DNA of 64,000 nucleotides from Perna viridis (taxonomy: Eukaryota), in NCBI GenBank assembly GCA_037379345.1, contig CM074512.1, positions 16,988,001 through 17,052,000 on the forward strand. Reading direction: 5' to 3'. Made by a program: the position numbers and the translations under genes. The notes beneath the pieces were generated by a model. That model did not search any database. It worked only from the letters and a program-made list of their open reading frames with translations, and was not told where the DNA came from. Below, in pieces: positions 52,785 to 64,000 of this stretch. How positions within the stretch are numbered: the first letter of the stretch is position 1; every line of letters begins with the position of its first letter.

Positions 52785-55700
52785 TCTATTTGATAGATTC
52801 AAATTGGTCACTTTCACTTAATATGAACTTTTTTTCTGAATTTAGACATAAAACATTAGAAATATATATAAGAAATAGGAACAGAATATGGAAAATCTTG
52901 TCTGGTCCTAGGGTTCAGTCTGACAATCCCTATGCAATGTACACAAAAATTGTACTAGTATTTCCCTTATTAAATGTGAACCACAAGCCTTCTAAAATAA
53001 AAGAAAAAATCCTTCCTGTCACCATGACAAGTGATACGCAAAAACCTGGCATATTGAAGCTAATTACAGACATAGTTTCATTAATACTCAAAAGTTGACC
53101 TAAATAAAAATATACATTCAATGTTAAAATAAAAGGAGAACTGCCTACCTAACAGTGTTACAATATCCACCAGAAAACAAACATGTCACACATAATAAAT
53201 GAATGTATCAATTATAGATTAACTTAGTATCACATTGAAATTTTTTTGAACTTTTAACTTCCAATAAATGATGGCCTAAAATTCCTTTTCTCTGGGCAAT
53301 GACTGATATTAATAGGAAGTAATTACTATCCAACAAGAAGATTAGAGTACCTGGACTTGTGCTAGGGTAGACATAGTACCAACTAGTACTCCATATAATA
53401 CCTTAAGTTAAGGTGACAAAGTACCTAGAGAAATCTAGGTAGATTATAACTAAGATTAATCCTTATCTAAAACATCTAACCTTTCAAGTGTCACAGCACC
53501 ACTTAAACAAAATCTTAAAAGTATTTCTACAAATATTGTCTACAAAGGCATAAGGATGTGTAATGTTTTTTTCGTAAACATAATTGACAAAAAAAACAGT
53601 GCCACTTGTATTTTCAGGTTTGATGACAAAAATTTATTTTAAGATTTTTTCTCATCCATGACTAAAAGGAAAATTAATTTTTGTAAAGCCATGTCAGATT
53701 AGTTTCTCATTTTAAAGTCTTTAATGTGGTGTAATAAAAATCTGCATGTTATGACCTTCCATTGCCTTGCCTAAATTGAACCATCTGCCCAAATCTTGGT
53801 GAGAAAGTGTTGTGCAATAATACATAAAGATGTGAGAGAATGATTACTGTACAAACAAAAGAAACAAATGATTATTTCTCTAATCTGGTGTTTAATTTGT
53901 CATTAACTGATGAGTAATTACTCTGACTCCAGTTAAACATTTATCATTTGACGAAAATCTGACAGTTCTCTCATTGTATCCTTCCCTCAAAAAAAGAAGA
54001 CTCGTTGTTCCAGAAACATTAACTAACTAGGAACATAATTTGTCTCCAGTATTTTAATGATCCTACAACCCTGATTTAATGATTAATCAGCTCCTGAGAC
54101 TCTAGATAATCCTCTTGTCTTCTCTAATGGACTTTTAACATTCAAATATGATGCTTAAAAAAGACATTTGGTTGATTAATAAATGAGACAAAGATATTTA
54201 TCAACTAAGTAAACAAAGACAAAAAAAAGAAAACAATATGTTTAGAACAAAATAAACAGAAGGTCAAATAAAAGATGAGTTCTTAACTTCACTTATAAGA
54301 GCATGCAATATTCAAGTTATTGAGATGTTTCTGTTTTGGGCCTTTTCCAGAAAAAATTATGGGAGAAAAAATAATAACTCTTTTAAGAGCATGTCTATCT
54401 ATGGACATTTATTGCCTTTGAAATAAAATTGTTTTATAAATGACATACTGATTGTCAAAGGGTTGGCTTCTCTACTGATCATCTAGTGCTTCAAGGCCAC
54501 CTAGCCCCATTCTTGTATATGTTATAAGTTTCTTACTCATTCATTTGGTGATGCTTTCAAGTCCATGTAAAATTGGCATAACAACAAGAAAAGAGGGTTA
54601 ATGTTCATCCTTTACTACAATGGTTCCATAAAAACATAGAGAAACAAGAACTCATCAGAATTTACAAGTGGAACAATATGAATAGAAAACATCAGCCACT
54701 TAACAGCTGAGGAAATCATTCATTTGTACAGCAAATTAGAGAGATCTGGCCAAAAGAAAAACATACTACAGAAATCCAATGCCTTAAAGTCATTACATCA
54801 TAAATTAAATGGTACATAGAAATGATCAAATTCAGTCTTTTGTTTACTCAAAACAGCTACATCAAAACCTAAAACAATCAAAACAAAACAATGAAAAGAC
54901 AACCAGCAATGATCCTATCATTACATCAGTGGAATTATCTGTACCAGATTATAATTAGATGTACCTGAAATCTATCATAACTATTCATTTTCATGTATAG
55001 ATTTGGCAATAGTCTATACATGACCATTTTCAAGTCGAAACAACTTAGTAGAGAAATTGACAATTCAGCGAAATATCCTATAAGAATGTTTAGCAGAACT
55101 ATTGACCAATAAAATAACATTAACTTTAATTTGCAGAGATGTTCGCAATAGAAACCCCTAACAGTATATTTATTTATACAACCAAGGTACAAGGTTACAC
55201 TTGTCCAAGAATGGAACCACACCATAATTGGTGTACACCTAAAGCTATGATTTAGCAAAACAATTTTTAATTGTACAGTAAAGCAAGGGAGTGAGAGAGC
55301 AGAATTTAATACTGCTATACAAAACCAATTCATCCAGACAAAGCATCCTGTCTTAAATCCTCCCACATCAATTAAATTCCATAAAATACAATTATATTTT
55401 TCTACACCATAAAACCTGTACTCCATACAAAAATTATCAATGATTAAAAAGACATAACCTAACAATGAAAGAAGTCTAACTATTACAGACATGCAATAGT
55501 TGTATAACATGTCATATCTTGACGTAATTGGACTACATCATGTCTACTAACAGCTACCGGTACAATGTCAAAATGAAGTCTAAGCAAAAAAAAAGCATTG
55601 CAATTACAACAAAGTCTAAAATCAAGTAAAATACATATAAAAAAATATTACATATGGTGTGTCTTCATTGTTCATTGGTTATTATGATCAGGTGATGCAA

Positions 55701-56141
55701 AGGATATTCCATATACATGAAGCCTTGTTTCTATTTTCAAATATATTGATGCTATAATTCTAAATTTAGTTCCTAATATAAACCATTCAGTTCCGTAATT
55801 ACTCTCAGCCAATCATGGCAGAAGTGCTGCAGACGAGGCAGAACACTCAAGTCCATATCCAAACTACATTTACTACATGTGTAATATATCAAATAAGGAC
55901 CTTTACTCAGTGAATACGTTATATATGGACCTGTTAGATTATATTGACCTTGGACTTCCTCCTCAGTCGATATAATTTGCACAGGTCAATATATAATGTA
56001 TTAACTTCGTTAAAATTCATAATTGATAAATATCATTTTAAAATTACAGTAATTAACAAAATAACCTGAGAGAATAAAATTCAACACACATACCCTAAAT
56101 AAATGCTGAACTATGAATGTCATCAGTAATAAAGAAACTAA

Positions 56142-57455
56142 ATGGCCAATTACAATGGTATACAACTCAGGATAAATCCCTGGTCTATAACAATCGTATA
56201 CAACTCAGGATACATCACTGGCCAATTACAATGGTAACAACACTGAATAGATCCCTGGTCTATAACAATGGTATACAACTCAGGATACATCACTGGCCAA
56301 TTAAAATGGTATACAACTCAGGATAGATCCCTGGTCTACAACAATGGTATACAACTCGGGATACATCACTGGCCAATTACAATGGTATACAACACTAGAT
56401 AGATCCCTGGTCTATAACAATGGTATACAACTCAGGATAAATCCCTGGCCAATTACAATGGTATACAACTCAGGATACATCACTGGCCAATTACAATGGT
56501 ATACAACACTGGATAGATCCCTGGTCTATAACAATGGTATACAACTCAAGATACATCGCTGGCCAATTACAATGGTAACAACACTGGATAGATCCCTGGT
56601 CTATAACAATGGTATACAACTCATGATACATCACTGGTATACAATAATGGTATACAACTCTGGATACATCCCTGGTCTATAACAGTGGTATATAACTCTG
56701 GATACATCCCTGGTCTATAACAGTGGTATACAACTCTGGATACATCCCTGGTCTATAACAATAATATACAACTCTGGAAACACCCCTGTTCAATAACAAT
56801 GGTATACAACTCAAGGTACATCCCCAGTCTATATAAGTGGTATACAACTCAGGATACATCCCTGGTCTATAACAGTGGTATACAACTCAGGATACATCCC
56901 TGGTATACAATAATGGTATACAACTCTGGATAAATCCCTGGTCTATAACAATGGTATACAACTCTGGATACATCCCTGGTCTATAACAGTGGTATACAAC
57001 TCATGATACATCACTGGTATACAATAATGGTATACAACTCTGGATACATCCCTGGTCTATAACAGTGGTATACAACTCTGGATACAACCCTGGTCTATAA
57101 CAATAGTATACAACTCTGGAAACATCCCTGTTCAATAACAATGGTATACAACTCAAGGTACATCTACAGTCTATATAAGTGGTATACAACTCAGGATACA
57201 TCCCTGGTCTATAACAGTGGTATACAACTCAGGATACATCCCTGGTATACAATAATGGTATACAACTCTGGATACCTCCCTGGTATACAATAATGGTATA
57301 CAACTCTGAATATATCCCTGGTATAAAATAATGGTATACAACTCAGGATACATCCCTGGTATACAATAATGGTATACAACTCAGGACACATCCCTGGTAT
57401 ACAACAATGGTATACAACTCATGATACATCCCTGGTATACAATAATGGTATATAA
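56142..57455. repeat. Minisatellite, 38-bp unit x~34 with higher-order structure
   Basis: Unit tggtatacaactc(a/t)ggatacatccctggtctataaca(a/g); it explains the repetitive ORFs listed at 56117-57391. Confidence 0.97.
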
Positions 57456-60228
57456 ATAAGACTTCTGGTTACAAAACCATAATACACCCAATATGATATC
57501 TTTAATTTTATTGTACCTTTAATATCTTAAGTCATGCAGATTGCATTAATCAAACTTGATATCAGTGCAGATATCTGACAGATCATGTTAACAATGTGGC
57601 CTCTGTAGTTGAACCAAGTTGAAAATTTGACAGATTTTTACTTTAAAGGCACAGGAGGTCAACAGAAAATATTGTGGCCAATGACAAAAGATGACAAAAG
57701 GTAAAAAAACCATGTAGCAGGGCCATTAACAAGGCATATAATTGGTCTATTTATACTAAGCAACCTATCCTGACTGGGGAACAAAAGCTTGAACACAAAC
57801 AGTAGCCAATTGCCCATCATATGTTTTTTACATGAATTGACTTGTAGATCTTATCACTTGATAAACCAGTGTACATAGATCGTACCATTTTACAAATGTT
57901 TGATAAACATAAATGCGGCAGTGACACTGTAACGTGATCTCTCCATAACCATCAAAACTGGTTATGATAATTGTACCCAGTATCACTTCTTATTATAATT
58001 TTTAAACATTTTATCATATAAAAATAAACTTAAAATTTCATGGGATGAAAAATGTCTATATGATTTAATGGTAATCATGCCTTAACTTGAAAATGAAAGA
58101 CAACACAAGATAAAATAAGAAACAGCTTTGTATGTTTCAAGATGAATCCTTAATTTAAGTCTAAAAATACTTAAGAGAATTTAATAGCCCTTTTATTTGT
58201 CTGCAAGATAGATATATTTTAAAGCTGTCTGCAACTTTCAAAACATTTAAATTGCTAAAATTTTAGTATTATTGATAAGATAAGTTTGTCAGAAGTTTAT
58301 TTTATCAATTCTAATTCAGTGCATTTCAATAGTATTGTAACAATTTCAGTTACACTGTAGGAAACACACTGTAATGAAACATTCAACTTAACTTAAATAT
58401 ATCAATGCAAAAAAACTTTGAATTCTAAAGATTTTAGCAAATATTTACATTTAACACTGGAACTGACAAAACCCTCTATAATCCTAGCTTAGATTTCAAA
58501 GCCTGATAATACTAAATAAACCTGCAAGATCCATATACAAAAATATAAAAAATTATTATATAACTAAATTAATCGGAAGGTTTCTTTCATTCTGAACAAA
58601 AAGTCAATAATAGGAAAACTGATCAGCTTTGTACCAAACTCCCAGGAAACATGAAAAAAAAACAAACATGCAAAAAAATAGAAAAATATAAATAAACAAA
58701 AAAGTTATTCAGTGATAAAGCCAACTGTACCTTGATAGAAGTATGATTATGTATGATGGTTACCTGATGTTCAGGTGTTTGATGACATCGGGGTCAGGCC
58801 CCCTTATCTACTGTCATCTATTTCATTTTGTTAAAACATTTAAGTATATTCCTTAAAACACTTTTTAGTGCCATGTGTTCTCTTTCAATGAAATTACACT
58901 TCACATTCATTTTTTTTTCAATTTCAACTCCAATCTTTGATTTAATAGCAAATAGTATAATGTGTCAGATTGTAATTTCAGGTAAAAATCCAGGAATAAT
59001 AACTCAGAGAGAACCACCCAGTAAAACATTCTGCAATATAACACACATTATCATTACTGTTTTATAATTCTTATCATCATAGATTCCTGTGTTTAATTAT
59101 CTCAGACATCTTATAGAAATAAATTGGATATAAAAATCAATTCTTAAACATCTTTCTTACCTTCATAAAACCTATTCTTCTCAAACACAATTATTAAAAA
59201 AAAATCCAGTATCTATAAAGGGAACACTTATAATATCCTTTCACAAAATCATCTTGAATGAAATTTCTGAAATGTTTAAACATCTGTAACTGGTCCACAT
59301 TTAATGTCCACTTTAACCAAGTCATAACAAAGCGTCCTTTGTTCACAATGTCAACAATAAAACTTTGAGAATCCAAATAACAACAGATCGCTACCAGTAA
59401 TAACTGAGCACCAGGAGGCAGCACAAATCTCACCAAACTTAACAAATTTCATTTTTAATCACAAATTAATTCCCAATACAATTTACAATGGGCAGGGTGA
59501 GTGAAGCAGCACAAGGCCCAAGTGTACAGAGCAGAAGCAATAAAAGTCGAAAGCTATAAAAAGTGTGCAGCAGATGCTTTTCTAACTACATACAATAGAA
59601 GACTTTTATCATACCACATAAATCTCTACACATAAACCAGTCAGGCATGTCTATCCCTAATAATGACTTTTCCACCTCTCTACAGTTGAATCACTAGCAC
59701 ATGCTATCACTGTGCCCCTTTTGTCAGTATCTATTGAACACCTTTCATCATGTATCCAATAACAATTTAATGTCAGCTCAAATAAAACAATAAAACTGGA
59801 CAGGTATAGCCCAGGTGAAACTCTGCTATCTCAACAGGCATCAAACCAACCTAATTAATTCCTATTTTCTGATAACAATATGAATAAATCTACACTGACC
59901 AAGTCTATAAACATGCTTTGAGTAAATTGAAAATCTTATCTCAGAAATTGGAATCAAACAGCTTTTGATGATAGCATGATAAAATTTATTTTACACTTTC
60001 TAACTAAAATTAATTCTGTAGAAAAGAACTCTTTGTTTTAATTCTTGTTAACAGTAACCAGACCAAAAGTTCAATTTTTTCATCAATTATACCAATGTTT
60101 ATCAGCATTGTGTGAACACTCCCTTAATTAGAATTTCTACAAGTCTGTTTTTGATTTTTTTTATAATTGTAAGTGAATTTTTTTTAAAAATGGTGCAATA
60201 AGCTAATAAATGAGCATTCAGTAAACTG

Positions 60229-60838
60229 AATCATTCACAATTAATACATAGAGAGGGACTTTAAGCTGAATACATCATTCACAATTGATACATAGAGAGG
60301 GACTTTAAGCTGAATACATCATACACAATTGATACATAGAGAGGGACTTTAAGCTGAATACATCATACACAATTGATACATAGAGAGGGACTTTAAACTG
60401 AATACATCATACACAATTAATACATAGAGAGGGACTTTAAACTGAATACATCATACACAATTAATACATAGAGAGGGACTTTAAACTGAATACATCATAC
60501 ACAATTAATACATAGAGAGGGACTTTAAACTGAATACATCATTCACAATTAATACATAGAGAGGGACTTTAAACTGAATACATCATTCACAATTAATACA
60601 TAGAGAGGGACTTTCAGCTGAACACATCATTCACAATTAATACATAGAGAGGGACTTTCAGCTGAACACATCATTCTCAATTAATACATAGAGAGGGACT
60701 TTCAGCTGAACACATCATTCACAATTAATACATAGAGAGGGACTTTCAGCTGAACACATCATTCACAATTAATACATAGAGAGGGACTTTAAGCTGAACA
60801 CATCATTCACAATTAATACATAGAGAGGGACTTTAAGC
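60229..60838. repeat. Minisatellite, 44-bp unit x~14
   Basis: Unit catcattcacaattaatacatagagagggactttaagctgaata. Confidence 0.97.
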
Positions 60839-61260
60839 AAATATATGGTATATATATCAATCTATGTTCTGACAAAAATGTTTTCAAATTTAGCAGAAAT
60901 GGAAGCATAACATTCAATACAAACGGACTTCTGTCATGAAAAAGCACCATATTTTGAAACTTAGCAATACAAAATTCAAATCAAAGGAGATAAAACAAAG
61001 ATAAGGGATGAGCAAGAATGAACTTCTATCTGTTGTACAATATCTACTCTTCAATTTCTTGTCCCTTTTAAATTCCTAACCTTAGTCTGCTTCAGTAAGC
61101 AGTAGATTCTAAGCTACTACAAAAATAGAATAGATTTCTGTTTACTTATATGTTGTTTTTAGAGTTGTAGTTATGTCACAATATATGACAGTAGTGCCAA
61201 TGTTTTGTCAATTCTGTATAACCACAGCTAAATTTTCTGGAATTGCATGTTTGAACAAGT

Positions 61261-61309
61261 GTTGTTTTTTTTTGTTTTTTTTGTTTTTTTTGTTTTTTTT
61301 TGTTTTTTT
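61261..61309. repeat. Low-complexity T-rich tract with periodic G
   Basis: gttgtttttttttgtttttt...tgtttttt. Confidence 0.85.
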
Positions 61310-64000
61310 ATGCTTAGGCCTGTATTTTATTAAAAATCACAAATTGAGATTCCTTAAATTTGTAAGTTTTTCTTCAATTTCAAACAAGCTAATTGGTCAA
61401 TATGTATGTTCAGGAATGATTTGAGGAAAATATCTAATTTTTTTTATGAAACAGGGTCCAGCATGTACTGGTCAAATTTAAGATCTCTTGTAAACTAGAG
61501 GAAAAAGATTGGTCTTTCCAAGGTTGGTTAAAAAAAAACAATCTCAGCAAGGAGAAAAAAATTCTCTTTAATTGGCCTCTACATGTCCCTACCTAGACCT
61601 GAATTTAAAAAGATTCAACTTTTGAAACAATTTGTCTCGAAGCGTTAATGCTTACAATGTTCATCATGGATCTAAAAAGTACAACATAGAATTTATAGAA
61701 TTGAAAGTAATGTGTGCATGACTGGTGCTACAGCTTCACATGTCACATTAGAGTAAAATCATGGATTAAAACCAGGGTAGATCATACAAAAATAAGGAAC
61801 TATAGAGTGACAACAGTCCAAGGAAAAAAATGTAATTTAAAGCCATTCTGCAATGAGACTAAATACCTGATTTATCAACATCTCTGTAACACTATAATGC
61901 CCAAGTAACAACAATACTTCAAGACAAAAGGAGGCTGTTATACAAATTGCACTATTTACAGGTATAAATATGTTTGTTTACCAACAGCAAGATTATCAGA
62001 TCCTTTCTATTCCAATTTGAGTGTACATGATTCATAAAAATGGAACTTAAGTGATTTTTCCGGACCATGTGTAAATGCAAAACAACCTTTTTAAGATGGA
62101 TCAATAAAAAAGATTGAATCCAAATTTTGCAAGTGTAAACAGAGTCCTAAGTGAAAATAAAAATTGTCTGAAGCAGTTATCCTGCAGCTCTTAGTAATAA
62201 AAAGACAACAATAAATTAAAATTACTAGAAAATAAATAGTCTTTTCAACTGCAAAGAAGTAGATGAATAACTCAAATAAAATAAAAATTTCCCATTAAAC
62301 ATAATAAAAATTTATAATACATTGTAATTCAAGCCTAATTATTGAAACCAGTAATTGAATATCATGTCTAAGAGAAGGTCTCCTTATTGCACATTTCAAT
62401 TTATCCATCCATACAGATAGCCTGAAGACATGAAGTAAATTCAGAATGAGTTTAATTTTCTTCATCATATTGCATTGGTTCCTTTGTTGACCGAACTCTG
62501 CCATTGTATTCTATTGTAGTTGACTTCTCATCTGTCAAACAGATTATTGGTATTGTTGTTTAGTGAAAAATATTTTCATAATGAAGATTAGGAGCAGTTC
62601 ATAATTGAAGAAAATGACTTCAGTGTGAAAGGCATTGTCATTTTGTCAAATAACTGCAGACAAAAGACATCAAATCTCTATCCCGTAATCGGTACGATTA
62701 ATCAAGTCATGATGCAATGTCCGATATCATATGGCGGCGCAATGGAATAACTTGATTGCCACACGAAAAAAAAAAGATGCAATTAGACGGATCTTGTTAA
62801 TTCTGAAAATGATGAAGACAAAAAATGCACAGCAGTGTTTGATAGTAAACAAATACTGATAGGGTCACAGACTTAATTTATAACAAGATTTAAATTAAAT
62901 CTTGCCAGCGACAGGGTGATCATGAAGTGACAGCTTTTTTGGTATCTGACATTCATTCAGTCATAGAAATACTTAAAATGTTCTCTTCAAATAAACCTGC
63001 AAACATTCAAAGTTAATATTTGCAAATATAATTTTCTCTAAAGTGAAAAAAAAAAATTTCATATTTTATCCTACCAAGACCTACACAAGCATGGACATAT
63101 ATATAATTTATAAAATGAATTAGAAAAAGTTTATGTAAATTTTGCACCTACCTCAAGAAAAATAAATCATATAAAATGCTAAGAAGATGTAAATTACAAA
63201 CCAACTTCTTACCTTAATGGTGTACTTACCACAAATATGAAATATTAAAAATAATATCAGGTATTATAGGTAAACAATGACATGACAGATGGGCTTCCAA
63301 TCAGATAGGACAGGTAACTGGGTGCACTCTATTAGTTTGACACTATTATGTAGTGCTGTGTTTTTTTTTTTGGGTGGTACTTAAGTCTATCAGTATCTAT
63401 AGTCTTTTTACTGATTACTATTTTGGGTGGCACTTAAAGGCTAATAAACAAACCAGTGTTATTTTGTATGGACTCGTTATCTTTAGGAATTTTTAATTAA
63501 CATTGTTTTATTCTTAAGTTTAGATAACACTTCAGTTTTAAGTCTTTAATCTAAACTTTGATGAAATGTTTCCGTGTAAAGGAAGTACATTTGTATGTAA
63601 AGTATATATTTTACATTAAAATTTTCAGATGAAAACAAAATAGATATTGTTTTATGTTAAGATCTACAACAATCTTAGTGTAAACAGGACTATCAAGAAA
63701 ACAACTAGACACTGGAAGGATATATGCTGTCTTTAAGTATCAATAATTTCTATTTCTCAATTTGACCTAAAACTCTTGTCAAATGTCAAATGTACAAAAG
63801 CATCCAAGTCCCATAACTCCTCTAAATTTGTTGAATCAAAATAAAAGTAACAGATGAATATCTACATACTTTGTATCCTAATAGTACAACCTAGCAAGTA
63901 CAAAAACTTCTTTTTTTAAATTCAATAATTCCAGCAATCTTAGATGAGCTTTGTCAACCAATTAAAATCCTATATTGTGGACTGCAGAAAACAGTTTAAG

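Noticed and set aside
54935-55510. 191-aa minus-strand ORF, the longest in the track
   Set aside because: Hydrophobic L/I/F/C/Y composition typical of translated AT-rich non-coding DNA; no recognisable motif or convincing splice context.
56117-57391. Repetitive ORFs in the 38-bp array
   Set aside because: By-products of the tandem repeat; the unit length is not a multiple of 3.
58764-58820. Donor-like CAG|gtaacc as an upstream KIF26 coding exon
   Set aside because: In-frame TGA about 10 codons upstream with no good acceptor or in-frame ATG; cannot be supported as coding.
50564-60838. Tandem arrays as CRISPR
   Set aside because: Units are contiguous with no unique spacers, the context is a eukaryotic intron, and there are no cas genes.
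62295-62504. ORF MAEFGQQRNQ... as the first coding exon
   Set aside because: No similarity recognised and no clear phase-0 donor.

Overview
AT-rich, strongly CpG-depleted animal genomic DNA; the repeat content resembles a bivalve mollusc (inference). The window lies almost entirely within one large minus-strand gene, a kinesin-11 / KIF26 (vab-8-like) homologue. Eight coding exons join in frame through GT-AG introns: 50241-49756, 38361-38168, 34071-33990, 26050-25578, 11689-11524, 6591-6394, 5619-5526 and 430-233. They total 1891 nt (~630 aa) and cover the N-terminal region and the start of the motor domain. Two of these exons are not translated in the ORF track. The start codon was not located, and the rest of the motor domain continues beyond position 1. 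The introns contain two fragments of a Penelope-like (Naiad-type) retroelement 3' end, a ~340-nt GC-rich and highly structured element with a predicted pseudoknot head and a SINE-core-like motif, several palindromic MITE-like hairpins, Helitron/HINE-like remnants and many minisatellites (23-56 bp units). No prokaryotic features, tRNA/rRNA or CRISPR were found. Family assignments come from recalled sequence similarity, not from database searches.
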